Positions 8,373 through 17,243 of a DNA stretch of 51,841 bases are shown piece after piece. The position numbers and the translations under genes were made by a program. The stretch is taken from positions 1 through 51,841 of IMG/VR virus record IMGVR_UViG_3300025875_000038; one strand, given 5' to 3'. The number at the start of each line of letters is the position of its first letter. Position 1 is the first letter of the stretch. The DNA is from a virus. Taxonomy: Duplodnaviria > Caudoviricetes. Below the pieces are notes generated by a model, which was not told the DNA's origin, searched no databases, and saw only the letters and a program-made list of their open reading frames with translations.

Positions 8373-8629
8373 AGCGGGAGAGGGTTTTGCAGGCCGAGGG
8401 CGCTGGCGTATGTGTCGAGCACTGCCGCCATTTCGGCCCGATCGTCGGGCCTCATCTTGCGTAGGCGGATGATCTTGCGGAGGATCGTTGGATCGTAGCC
8501 CACGCCCTTGGCCTCATGATAAACGTCGCGAATGTCGTCGGAGAGGCCCTTTTTCTCCTCCTCCAGCCGCTCGATCCGCTCCACCAGCAGTTTGAGCCGC
8601 TGGTCGCTGTTGTGACCTGCATCAGCCAT
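8369..8629 (-). CDS. gapR: GapR/DUF2312-family nucleoid-associated protein
   Basis: LKLLVERIERLEEEKKGLSDDIRDVYHEAKGVGYDPTILRKIIRLRK. Confidence 0.9.
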   Translation of the reverse strand: MADAGHNSDQRLKLLVERIERLEEEKKGLSDDIRDVYHEAKGVGYDPTILRKIIRLRKMRPDDRAEMAAVLDTYASALGLQNPLPL

Positions 8630-8972
8630 TTGCGTTCTCCTTCGCCTTGAGGCTGTAGCGCCCCTGTTGCACCATTTCTTGAGCCTTCGGCCCGAGTTCC
8701 TCGCTTATGCGGTCAAGGTGGATTTCCGCCTCCTGCCTGTCACCGCGCCGGATCGCGGCGGCGAGTTCAAAAAGCCGCCGCCCTCGGCCATTTAGGAGGT
8801 GTAGAGTGTCGGCGGCCGCACTTTCGGCCGCACTCTCCTCTCCCTCATCGTGGCCCTCGGCGTGCGCCTCCTCGACCTTGCGGCGGATTTCATCCGCCAG
8901 CGCCGGCACATCGACCATTGAGAACTCAACATCCCTGCCGCATTCGCAGCGGACTTGATATTTCCTTGCCAT
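8622..8972 (-). CDS. Hypothetical protein (N-terminal CECG)
   Basis: Start MARKYQ with RBS gaggag. Confidence 0.6.
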   Translation of the reverse strand: MARKYQVRCECGRDVEFSMVDVPALADEIRRKVEEAHAEGHDEGEESAAESAAADTLHLLNGRGRRLFELAAAIRRGDRQEAEIHLDRISEELGPKAQEMVQQGRYSLKAKENANG

Positions 8973-8983
8973 CGGGTTTCTCC

Positions 8984-10096
8984 TCAAATTCGCATCGGCA
9001 TGATCACCGCGACCATACCGTCTTCGACCACGCGCTCGACGCGCGCGACATCACCCGGCCCTGACATTTGCAGCCGAACGGTATCCCCGCCCACCTGCTG
9101 CATGGCTTGAGCAATATAGTTCCCGTTGAACGCCGTGGTAAAATCCGCCGAGCATTCCGCAGGCACTTCCTCACGCGCCATTCCTTCGCCGCTGTTGGCT
9201 GTCATGACGATCTTGTCTGGCGCAAAAGTGAGCACGATGCGGCTGTCCCGGTCATGCATTAGCTGCACCCGCTTCACCGACCGCCGCATGGCGTCCCCAT
9301 CGAATACCGCAGTCGCTGTGCCCTGCCGTCCAGGCACGATCCTGCGATAGTCCACGTATTCCTGATCAACCACCTTGCCGATGATACGCCAGCTTCCGCC
9401 ATCTGCCGCAATCCGGTTGTCCGTCCATCCAATCGGGATCTCCCCGGCATCATCGCTTGACAAAGCGCCTAGCGAGTTGATGAACTTGGGCAGAATTATG
9501 ATGCCGCGCGACCCTTCCGGCCAAGGCGTATTTGTGTGCGCCACAGCCAGCCTGTTCCCATCACTTGCGGCCAAACCGATTGTCCCATCGCAATCATGCA
9601 TGAAAACGCCCCCGAGAGATGGGCGCGCAGCCGCAGCCTTGTCGGTGAGCACGCTCCCGATAACCCGATCGATTGCGGCCCTGAATTCCGGCCCAGCGAC
9701 CGGGCATGTGTTATCGGGCTTGAAGTCGATCGAAGGAAAGTCGCCCACATCGATCATCGGAAGTTGCCACCGGCTGCGGCCGGACTTGACCTCCAACCGA
9801 TCGGCATCCACTTCGGACAGCGTGATCCGCGCGCCGGGGTCGAGCGACTGCGCCATATCGTGCAGCCGCTTGGCATTGACCGTCGTCGTCATGTTTCCGC
9901 CGCGCGTCAGGGACACGATCCTCGTCAACTCGACATCCATGTCGCTGGACGTGAGTTGCAGCACGTCGCCCTTGGCCTCAATGCGGACGTTGGAGAGGAT
10001 GGGAAGGGTGGAAGGCCGGACGATGCTGGCGATATGCCGCATCGCGCCGGCGAGCACCTGAGCCTCAATTTCGAGACCATCAGTTTTCTTGGCCAT
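8984..10096 (-). CDS. dnaN: DNA polymerase III beta sliding-clamp homologue
   Basis: 370 aa; LPILSNVRI, SSDMD, DFP, ASDGNRLA, YVDYRRIVP, AFNGNY, terminal IMPMRI. Confidence 0.9.
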   Translation of the reverse strand: MAKKTDGLEIEAQVLAGAMRHIASIVRPSTLPILSNVRIEAKGDVLQLTSSDMDVELTRIVSLTRGGNMTTTVNAKRLHDMAQSLDPGARITLSEVDADRLEVKSGRSRWQLPMIDVGDFPSIDFKPDNTCPVAGPEFRAAIDRVIGSVLTDKAAAARPSLGGVFMHDCDGTIGLAASDGNRLAVAHTNTPWPEGSRGIIILPKFINSLGALSSDDAGEIPIGWTDNRIAADGGSWRIIGKVVDQEYVDYRRIVPGRQGTATAVFDGDAMRRSVKRVQLMHDRDSRIVLTFAPDKIVMTANSGEGMAREEVPAECSADFTTAFNGNYIAQAMQQVGGDTVRLQMSGPGDVARVERVVEDGMVAVIMPMRI

Positions 10097-10112
10097 TTTC
10101 AGCTCCTCGCCG

Positions 10113-10334
10113 TCACTTGCTGGCGTTATCGTGTGCGCTGATCAGCCGATCGGCCGCGCTGCACAGAGCCACCAAGGTCTTCCATCGCGGCGACCAATCG
10201 GGCGAGTCGATGTTGCGCAGCGTGTTCTCATGGATGCCGGCCTCACGCGCTAACTGGGCGCGACTGGAAATTCCGGGATGGTCGAGCGCGGCCCGCACAT
10301 CGTCGGGCGAAGGGGGATATTTGCTATCGGACAT
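10113..10334 (-). CDS. Small Cro/XRE-like HTH regulator
   Basis: SRAQLAREAGIHENTLRNI...WSPRWKTL; first gene of the replication arm. Confidence 0.75.
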   Translation of the reverse strand: MSDSKYPPSPDDVRAALDHPGISSRAQLAREAGIHENTLRNIDSPDWSPRWKTLVALCSAADRLISAHDNASK

Positions 10335-10368
10335 TGCGATCTCCTTGCTGTCGATTTCTCACCCCTAA

Positions 10369-10406
10369 GGCACATTTTGTTGTTGTGCAAGCCATTATTC
10401 TGTGCC
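10369..10406. promoter_or_regulatory. Divergent control region with two operator-like boxes
   Basis: ggcaca-ttttgt-tgttgt and aagcca-ttattc-tgtgcc between divergent operons. Confidence 0.55.
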
Positions 10407-10444
10407 ACATAACAGGAGCGACGAAACGCAATGGAGCTGAACCG

Positions 10445-10714
10445 ATGCAAACAAAACTATGGCAGGCCACGCAGCGCACCTTGGAAGGCACGACGCTGCG
10501 CCGCGAGACCTTCGAACTTCCCGCCGATTACACGGAGGGCAATGTGCGCATGGCTCTGTGGATGCGCCGTCACTGGTGCCGGGGTGGCCATGCTTTCTCG
10601 GCTTATGTGAAGCTTGACCAGATCGCCCCCGAGGACCGCCAGCCCGATATTGAGACCGAAGAGTTCCGGGGCGATATGTCCGCGAGCGCCACCTTTTATG
10701 GGGTGGCCCGATGA
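10445..10714 (+). CDS. Hypothetical protein, first gene of the rightward arm
   Basis: Start MQTKLW with RBS ggag. Confidence 0.6.
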   Translation: MQTKLWQATQRTLEGTTLRRETFELPADYTEGNVRMALWMRRHWCRGGHAFSAYVKLDQIAPEDRQPDIETEEFRGDMSASATFYGVAR

Positions 10715-10992
10715 TCGTTGATTCTATCAATGACCGCCTCTCGGAAGTGGTCGGAATGCTAGGGGCTCTGGATGACTACCGCGCCCGCTGGCACAAGGCT
10801 CACCGTTTCGGCCTAGACCGCTCTGAACTGCGAATTGCGCCCATGAGTGCCGCTATGGCGGACGCCGCGCGGCAGGACGCGCGGGACCATTACTACGGTC
10901 CGGGCCGCACCGCCGATTTGACCGTGGGCAAGCTGCTGCGGAGTGAGGCGCTGGCGGCGATTGATGCTGCCGTGATTGGGGGTGGACAGTGA
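10711..10992 (+). CDS. Hypothetical protein, paralogue of 524..802
   Basis: Shared PMSxAMADAARQxAR core. Confidence 0.75.
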   Translation: MIVDSINDRLSEVVGMLGALDDYRARWHKAHRFGLDRSELRIAPMSAAMADAARQDARDHYYGPGRTADLTVGKLLRSEALAAIDAAVIGGGQ

Positions 10993-11234
10993 GAAAGGCG
11001 CTAAAATGCACGATTGGTGGTTGTGGCAAAACCTTTAGCAACAGGTGGGCGAAAGATCAGCACCGCCGGGACTCCCACGGGAAGCCCGACAAGACCCGCT
11101 TTTTGCGTGCCTCTAGGCACCCCATGAGCGCTGGCGATGCCTATGATTTTGTGGACAGCTTGGACCTTCCCGATGGTGCCCATTGGGCAATGGTCGAGGA
11201 ACTTTCTGGTGCAGAGCCGGGGGACTTCGCGTGA
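10989..11234 (+). CDS. C2H2 zinc-finger protein
   Basis: CTIGGCGKTFSNRWAKDQHRRDSH = C-x4-C-x12-H-x4-H with the conserved Phe. Confidence 0.75.
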   Translation: MRKALKCTIGGCGKTFSNRWAKDQHRRDSHGKPDKTRFLRASRHPMSAGDAYDFVDSLDLPDGAHWAMVEELSGAEPGDFA

Positions 11235-11362
11235 GCGGCTTCCTGATCGCCATGCTTATAGCAACCGCGTGCATCGCGGCCTTGGTGTGCATCGGGTGGG
11301 CAATTCGCCATGCCGTGCGCCGGGCAAATCAACTTCTGAAGGAATTGGAGATCGAGCAATGA
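11231..11362 (+). CDS. Small single-TM membrane protein (43 aa)
   Basis: Manual translation MSGFLIAMLIATACIAALVCIGWAIR...; coupled on both sides. Confidence 0.55.
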   Translation: MSGFLIAMLIATACIAALVCIGWAIRHAVRRANQLLKELEIEQ

Positions 11363-11613
11363 ATATTCCGCAGTATGATGCAAACGAAGTGGCCGCTCAT
11401 ATCGAGGGCCTGGATGAGTGCGAGTGCGCCATCGTTTCCGAGCTGGTCAATCACGCTCTGAACGAGCTGGACCAAAAGCTTGACCGCATGAGCCTATTTG
11501 AAAGCGGCCTGATCCTAGTCGCCAGCATGGCCATGCTGGGAATCGCGTCCAAGGACTGCATGGAGGCGGCGGATATGATTGCTGAAGGGCTGGAGAACCG
11601 CCAAGATGGATGA
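11359..11613 (+). CDS. Hypothetical protein
   Basis: Start MNIPQY, translationally coupled. Confidence 0.6.
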   Translation: MNIPQYDANEVAAHIEGLDECECAIVSELVNHALNELDQKLDRMSLFESGLILVASMAMLGIASKDCMEAADMIAEGLENRQDG

Positions 11614-12802
11614 CGGCATCTATTTTGCCATGCCAGAGGCTGAGTATCTGGCGCTGCCCCGACTATCCAAGTCGGGCATCAAAAAGCTGCGGATCAGTGC
11701 GGCGGATTTTTGGGCAAGCAGTTGGCTAAACCCCAACCAGCGGGTGATGACGCCAGAACAAGAGCGCAAGCGGCAAATGGCAATGGTTATCGGGCGGGCG
11801 TACCATTGCGCCCGTCTGGAGCCCGAGCGCTTCGCCGCAGAATACGTGCGCGAGCTTTCACAATCGGACTTCGCGGGCGTGGAAGGCTTCCTAACCACTG
11901 GCGAGGAGATGGGCGAGGCGTTGGAGCGAATGGGCCTCAAAAAGGCTGGCAAGGTGTTCGATCAGGCGCAAAGGCTTGTGGTCAACGGCTACCCCGCCCC
12001 GGTGTGGCACTATGAACTTGAACAATGGCGCGAGGGTTTAGCGGATGGCCAAACAATCATGCCAGCGGCGACTTACGACGAGATCGTTGCAGACATGCAC
12101 ACCATGCGCTTGGTGCCCGAGGTGGACGATTTGCTATCCGGCGGCTTTGCCGAGGTGACGGTGCTGTGGACGTGCCCTGACACGGGCATCCCCATGAAAT
12201 CGCGCTTTGACTACATGAAGGCCAAGGCATGGGGCGAGGTCAAAACCTTTGCCAACAAGAATGGCAAATCGCTCAATCAGGCGCTGTTAGATGCGGTGAA
12301 GTTCAACCGCTATTACATCGACGCGGCGGTCTATCTGGACGCTGCTGAGATGATCCGGGGCGGAACGCTTCCTCGCCACGGCTGGCCCTTCGGTGATCCC
12401 AAGGAAGAGGCGTGCGCGATGCTGGATGAGATTGTCGCGCGCTCGCAGCCACTCGACTGCCACTTCGTCTTCCAGCAGACGGGCGGTGTGCCCAATATTC
12501 TGGAGCGCAAGTTTGAACTGTTCGCGCCCTCGCATTCGGAGGATGCCATAGCGGCACTTGGGGCCGATGGGGCTACGGGCGAGCGCATGGAGCGCGCCGA
12601 GGCGTTCCGCGCTAGATCCATGACGCAGCCTGCGCGAACAGCGATACACATAAAGGCCCGGCTAGAGATCGCTGCCGCCAAGCGCGAGTTCCTGCGCTAC
12701 AGCGAGATTTACGAGCCGGGCGAACCGTGGCGGCCATGGAACCCCAGCGGCTCAATCACCGACGACGATTTCTCATCCCACTTTCTGGAGGATTTGACAT
12801 GA
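11606..12802 (+). CDS. RecE/DUF3799-like PD-(D/E)XK exonuclease
   Basis: GIY..MPEAEY..LPRLSKSGIK, GRAYHC..LEP, KSRFDY...GEVKT, RYYIDAAVY. Confidence 0.8.
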   Translation: MDDGIYFAMPEAEYLALPRLSKSGIKKLRISAADFWASSWLNPNQRVMTPEQERKRQMAMVIGRAYHCARLEPERFAAEYVRELSQSDFAGVEGFLTTGEEMGEALERMGLKKAGKVFDQAQRLVVNGYPAPVWHYELEQWREGLADGQTIMPAATYDEIVADMHTMRLVPEVDDLLSGGFAEVTVLWTCPDTGIPMKSRFDYMKAKAWGEVKTFANKNGKSLNQALLDAVKFNRYYIDAAVYLDAAEMIRGGTLPRHGWPFGDPKEEACAMLDEIVARSQPLDCHFVFQQTGGVPNILERKFELFAPSHSEDAIAALGADGATGERMERAEAFRARSMTQPARTAIHIKARLEIAAAKREFLRYSEIYEPGEPWRPWNPSGSITDDDFSSHFLEDLT

Positions 12803-12975
12803 TGATCGTGTTTTCAGTTGGCCTACTGATCTTGGCCATGGTCCTCGCCTTGGCCGCGACCGCCAATCTCGAAACGGGCGCGCCGTTCTATCCAACCAAG
12901 GATGACAGGGCCAAGTGCACGCTTGCTGCCGTCGCGCTGGCCATCGCTTTCTGCGCGGGGAGTATCGTGTCGTGA
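12799..12975 (+). CDS. Small membrane protein
   Basis: Two hydrophobic segments; coupled. Confidence 0.5.
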   Translation: MMIVFSVGLLILAMVLALAATANLETGAPFYPTKDDRAKCTLAAVALAIAFCAGSIVS

Positions 12976-13721
12976 GCGAGGGCAAGGATATCGCCGTGGC
13001 CGATGGTCGCGAAATGGCTAACGGTATCACGGCATCACAGCGCCTCACGCTTATTCGCGAGGCGTTGACCAACCCGGATGTGTCGCCTGAGAAGGCAGGG
13101 CAGATGCTGGACCTAATGGCCAAGATGGAGGATCGCCAAGCGCGCGCCGACTTCATTGCAGCCAAGGTGGCGGCTATTTCCGACATGCCGCACATCGGCA
13201 AGGATGGTGAGAACACCCACACCGGGGTCCGCTACGCCACGTGGGAGCGGATGCAGCCGGCGATAACACCCGTACTCATGCGTCATGGCCTAATCCTTAC
13301 CTTCAAGGTTGGGCATGAGGGCAATCGCGTGGCGATAACTCCCATCCTTTCCGGCCATGGCTGGCAAGAGGAGGGTGGGGCCGTCATTCTGCCATCTGAT
13401 GAAGGCAAGGGGCGGAGTAATGTCCAGGCGGTGGGAAGCTCTATTTCCTACGGGAAGCGTTACGCGGCCATGGCCATGCTCAACCTCATCCAAAAGGGGC
13501 TTGTGGAGGACGATGATGGGCGCGCGGCCGGGGGCGAGACGCCGGAGCGCAAGCTTACACCCGACCAACAGGCGCTGGTGGAGGCGGGAAGGTCGGCCGC
13601 CATGAACGGCACAGCCACTTATGATGAGTGGTTTAAGGGCCTGCCCACCGCCCAAAAGGGATGGCTCATTGTTGAGGACCACCACGCAAAGAACAAGCAA
13701 ACGGCTGAGAAGGTCGGCTAG
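12972..13721 (+). CDS. erf: ERF-family ssDNA-annealing recombinase
   Basis: RYATWE..QPAITPVL, QAVGSSISYGKRY, EDDDG. Confidence 0.85.
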   Translation: MSEGKDIAVADGREMANGITASQRLTLIREALTNPDVSPEKAGQMLDLMAKMEDRQARADFIAAKVAAISDMPHIGKDGENTHTGVRYATWERMQPAITPVLMRHGLILTFKVGHEGNRVAITPILSGHGWQEEGGAVILPSDEGKGRSNVQAVGSSISYGKRYAAMAMLNLIQKGLVEDDDGRAAGGETPERKLTPDQQALVEAGRSAAMNGTATYDEWFKGLPTAQKGWLIVEDHHAKNKQTAEKVG

Positions 13722-13764
13722 TCCGCGCCGGGCGGTTCCCCGGCAACCCGAGGAGTAAAATCGA

Positions 13765-14070
13765 ATGGCAATTTTCAAAGTCACCCGCGCAGATGCCGCC
13801 GAAGGCGAAAAGCCCCGGATGATTGAGGCCGCCAATGCCGGCAAGGCGATTTCGTTTGCCGCCGCTTCCACGTTCTCCGCTGAGAAGGTGACCACCAAGG
13901 AGGCGCTTTCGCTGTCGCAGGATGGCGTGAAGCTGGAGGACGCAAGCGCCGCTCCGGAACCGGCAGCAACGCCGGAGACAAGCCCGGAGCCGAACAAGGC
14001 CGGCACCAGCAGGCCCACGCCCGCAACCGTCGCCGCAAAGGCGGCGGCGTCGGCAGCAGCCGAGGAGTGA
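13765..14070 (+). CDS. Hypothetical protein with an Ala/Pro-rich tail
   Basis: RBS gaggag; RMIEAAN..KA motif. Confidence 0.65.
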   Translation: MAIFKVTRADAAEGEKPRMIEAANAGKAISFAAASTFSAEKVTTKEALSLSQDGVKLEDASAAPEPAATPETSPEPNKAGTSRPTPATVAAKAAASAAAEE

Positions 14071-14074
14071 ACAA

Positions 14075-14260
14075 GTGGCGCTTTCGATAGCCGATGCTGA
14101 TCGGAGGCGCGACCTGATGAATGATCGTCGCCGGTTGCAGGCCAGAGTTGCCCGCAACCGGCGGCTCTCCGAGGAATACAAGGCCATGGCACTGGAGGCC
14201 GAATTGGCTCTTGCTGCTGTTGAGGCTGATTTCCAGGCAATGGAAAGGATGCGGCGATGA
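14075..14260 (+). CDS. Small coiled-coil hypothetical protein
   Basis: In operon, with RBS. Confidence 0.5.
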   Translation: MALSIADADRRRDLMNDRRRLQARVARNRRLSEEYKAMALEAELALAAVEADFQAMERMRR

Positions 14261-14294
14261 ATAGGGTTTATCGGGATATAGGAGTGGATGGGTT

Positions 14295-14441
14295 GTGACC
14301 GGCGAGAATATGACGCGCAATGCCATTGCTCGCCGCCTGCGGGCGCGTGAGGTGGCGGACGAGATACGGCAATCGCTTGGTATGCCCCCAATGCAGTGGC
14401 CCCCGCTGGCGATTAGCGATGCACGGGATGATCGCACATAG
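14295..14441 (+). CDS. Small hypothetical protein (48 aa)
   Basis: Manual translation MTGENMTRNAIARRL... Confidence 0.4.
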   Translation: MTGENMTRNAIARRLRAREVADEIRQSLGMPPMQWPPLAISDARDDRT

Positions 14442-14505
14442 CCCTTGTCATTCCCGGCCTTTCCGTTACAAACCCTTTCACGCTAATAGCTGAAAGGCGC
14501 ACAAC

Positions 14506-14871
14506 ATGCCAAAGACCCCAAAAGAAGCCCCACAGGCCCGCATTTGCCCCGGTTGCGGCATCACGTTCCCGGCAGGCGGTAGGGGCACCGGAAAGGTGTT
14601 CCACGACGATAAATGCCGCAAGGCCTTTCATGCAGTGCACCGATCAGAAGGCTTTCCTCTCGCGGCTATGGTGAAGGCTTGGCATTCCACTCGGCACGCC
14701 AAGGCGGGGACGCGCGAGGCGGCAATATGCACTTTCGCGCGTGGCCAGATCACCAAGATGGCGGGGATCTTTCTGGAGATGGATGAGAAGGCAGATCGCG
14801 ATGTGGTGGCCTATGTGGGCGGGCTCATGGATAGCGGCGAGCTATACATGGACCGCGCGGGGAGGCGGTAA
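14506..14871 (+). CDS. Hypothetical protein with a CPGC/FHxxxC zinc-ribbon-like motif
   Basis: ICPGCGITF...FHDDKCR. Confidence 0.65.
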   Translation: MPKTPKEAPQARICPGCGITFPAGGRGTGKVFHDDKCRKAFHAVHRSEGFPLAAMVKAWHSTRHAKAGTREAAICTFARGQITKMAGIFLEMDEKADRDVVAYVGGLMDSGELYMDRAGRR

Positions 14872-15029
14872 TGTCGCGGGGCTACAATTTCGGGGGAAAG
14901 AAAGCGAAGTTGCTCCGGGCTCGCGTCCGATTTCTTGCGGACAATCCAGAGGCCGCCAAGCTATTGGCTAGGGGTATCCGACCGAGGGGCTACCCCGAGG
15001 CCATACAGGCCCCGCCCGAAAAGCCCTAG
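14871..15029 (+). CDS. Small basic protein (52 aa)
   Basis: TAATG coupling; RBS ggagg. Confidence 0.45.
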   Translation: MSRGYNFGGKKAKLLRARVRFLADNPEAAKLLARGIRPRGYPEAIQAPPEKP

Positions 15030-15358
15030 AACACCCCCAGGAACTTGGGGTGGCTATCCTCGATAGCTTCGCGGTCGCGCTCCTCACAACGGCGGACGAT
15101 GCCTACCGCCGCCGCATAGCGGCCATCAGCCTTTTCCACTTGCGCGGCCTCGGCGGTTCCGAAGCGCGTCCACTCGCGCAACCGATCAAGGTCTGTGTTG
15201 CGTGCGGCCGGTGCCGGGGCGTGCCCCACTCCAGCCTCCCACTCGCTAGGGAGAAGGGCTGTGCAGCTATTCTTCGGGGCATAGACCGGCAATGTCACAC
15301 AACCCGTCACGGCCAGCAGCATCGACGCCAGCACCATCCTCGGCACGATCAATCGCAT
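15026..15358 (-). CDS. o-spanin-like lipoprotein (Rz1-like)
   Basis: MRLIVPRMVLASMLLAVTGC lipobox; overlaps the i-spanin gene. Confidence 0.75.
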   Translation of the reverse strand: MRLIVPRMVLASMLLAVTGCVTLPVYAPKNSCTALLPSEWEAGVGHAPAPAARNTDLDRLREWTRFGTAEAAQVEKADGRYAAAVGIVRRCEERDREAIEDSHPKFLGVF

Positions 15359-15593
15359 TTCCCGTCTCCTGCACCTTGGCATCCAGCCCGCGGTCGCTAT
15401 CGGCTTGGCGGCCCACCGCTCCAACCGCATCGGCCCCGCTCTCAATTGCGGCATCGGCTTGGTTCTCGCCAAGTCTGGCGCGTGTCTTGTCACCTGCCGT
15501 CATCAGCTCATAGACGAACACCGCCACCCAGATCAGCACCACAACGATGATGAGCTTGGTGGCCAGCGAAAGGCCCTTGGCCCACCCGATCAA
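15267..15593 (-). CDS. i-spanin-like protein (Rz-like)
   Basis: N-terminal TM, helical body, terminal Cys pair; follows the holin. Confidence 0.7.
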   Translation of the reverse strand: MIGWAKGLSLATKLIIVVVLIWVAVFVYELMTAGDKTRARLGENQADAAIESGADAVGAVGRQADSDRGLDAKVQETGNAIDRAEDGAGVDAAGRDGLCDIAGLCPEE

Positions 15594-15859
15594 CGCTTGA
15601 GCCTCATCAACGTGTCAGGAACGGCAGGCTCGACGGTCAGCAATTGTTTCTTGTGGACGTGGCTCTTGTAAATGCCGTAGGCGGTCGGGATGACGATAGT
15701 GGCGAAGCCCATAAGGACTTCCAGCCCATCGCTGTCCAGCCATCCCTTGCCGAGAGCGTAGCCGCCAACAGTGGCCACGATGTAGCGCAGCAGCGTGAAG
15801 ATCTGCCCCGGAACAGTGGAATTGTCGAGAAGGATGGGCGGGGTGGTATCGTTGCTCAT
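15590..15859 (-). CDS. Holin-like two-TM protein
   Basis: LLRYIVATVGGYALGKGW..., two TMs, adjacent to the endolysin. Confidence 0.65.
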   Translation of the reverse strand: MSNDTTPPILLDNSTVPGQIFTLLRYIVATVGGYALGKGWLDSDGLEVLMGFATIVIPTAYGIYKSHVHKKQLLTVEPAVPDTLMRLKR

Positions 15860-16527
15860 TTCATCGCCTCCATAAGTGCGGCACTGATATCAATCATCTT
15901 TGCCCCGCGCGGGGCGTAGCTTGGTTTGGCGACAGAGTAGACCGGAACCACGCCGTCACTCGTCCACTTGCCATCAAAGAACAAATCCCGCTCGGCCTTG
16001 CGGCGCGAGATGATTTCCGCCGGCTTGCGCCAATCCATAAACTTGGCCTTGGCCTCCTCGGTGCGGCCCGCGTGGACCGATGCTACCCACCCGGCGCGCC
16101 CGATGGCCCCGGTGTTCCAATGGAAGCTAAGTGCGGCGGCAAGTTCGTGCTCCGCTAGTGGGTGGCCCTCAAACGCGGCGAGCACGGCGGGCAGGTATTT
16201 GGTACGCAGCAACCACACCGTTACGGCGAGGCAGTGGGCGAGTGATTGGGGTTTGTCCTTATAGCGCGGGTGGACTTGGTGCCCGCTCGCGTTCGTGACG
16301 CCCAAGCCCCAGGTCCAGACGCCCACGCTGTCCTTGTACGCCTCCAGCACTATACCCTCATGCTCGATAAGCTCCAGCACCATGCGGGGTGTGATATCGG
16401 TACATGCGGCCTGCGGCTCCCTGCGTAGGCCCGCTTTCTCAATGATGCCGCGCGCAGTTATCCCGCCCGGAACGCCATCATCAGGGACGCCAGCCCAGCG
16501 CTGGATAAGCTTCCAATCATCAACCAT
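15856..16527 (-). CDS. Endolysin, GH24 lysozyme
   Basis: HEGIVLEAYKDSVGVWTWGLG (E-x8-D-x5-T), FHWNTG, RRKAERDLF; short N-terminal DDGVPG segment. Confidence 0.9.
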   Translation of the reverse strand: MVDDWKLIQRWAGVPDDGVPGGITARGIIEKAGLRREPQAACTDITPRMVLELIEHEGIVLEAYKDSVGVWTWGLGVTNASGHQVHPRYKDKPQSLAHCLAVTVWLLRTKYLPAVLAAFEGHPLAEHELAAALSFHWNTGAIGRAGWVASVHAGRTEEAKAKFMDWRKPAEIISRRKAERDLFFDGKWTSDGVVPVYSVAKPSYAPRGAKMIDISAALMEAMK

Positions 16528-16892
16528 CAATTTGCCCCCGCGAGAGAATAGAGCGCACATCCAGCGGTCCATGTCGTGAACGCCAACGCCGTGAGCGTGA
16601 GACGCCCCGAAATGGAGATGATGAGCGTCTTGGCCAGAAGCCAAAGGCCCAGCACTGCCCACAACATATAGGCGGTAATTCCAAGCACCACGTCCTTAGC
16701 GGCAAATGGGATGGCGGCGAACATGACCAGTGCTCCAGCGCCGTGGATGTAGAGCGCGCCCGAAATACGCAACGCGCGGTTGCGCCACCAAACGGCATCT
16801 TGAGCTAGAAACTCAGCCTTAACGATTGGCCAGAGCCCAATGCACATGATGGCCGATGCAATGGCGAGCATACCTGTTAGCCATACGGTCAC
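16527..16892 (-). CDS. Multi-TM membrane protein
   Basis: About four hydrophobic helices; in the lysis cluster. Confidence 0.6.
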   Translation of the reverse strand: MTVWLTGMLAIASAIMCIGLWPIVKAEFLAQDAVWWRNRALRISGALYIHGAGALVMFAAIPFAAKDVVLGITAYMLWAVLGLWLLAKTLIISISGRLTLTALAFTTWTAGCALYSLAGAN

Positions 16893-17043
16893 TGCCGTTT
16901 GGCCGGATCAGTGTCCCGCACAATGCGGCGGAATGCCATAATGCCTTCAATCACCGATACGCGATCCTCCAGCGTCGATATTCTCCGACGCACTTCCCGA
17001 TTTTCATGCCCGCAAATGGCCTCCCACAATTGCCCCCACCAGC

Positions 17044-17241
17044 TTACTTCGGATCGTTCGTGGACACCTGCGTCCGTGCCACCTCTGTTGCGCGGTCGGC
17101 CACACTCAGTGCCTTCATGACCATTTCCTGCTGCGCAAAAAAGCGGTTGAGCAGACGCCATATGACCCCCCATTGCAAAATGATAATCCCGACGAACGGG
17201 CCATGCTGTCCCGCCCACGCACCTATCGGCCCCAAATCCAT
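17044..17241 (-). CDS. Small single-TM protein
   Basis: GPFVGIIILQWGVIW. Confidence 0.55.
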   Translation of the reverse strand: MDLGPIGAWAGQHGPFVGIIILQWGVIWRLLNRFFAQQEMVMKALSVADRATEVARTQVSTNDPK

Positions 17242-17243
17242 CG

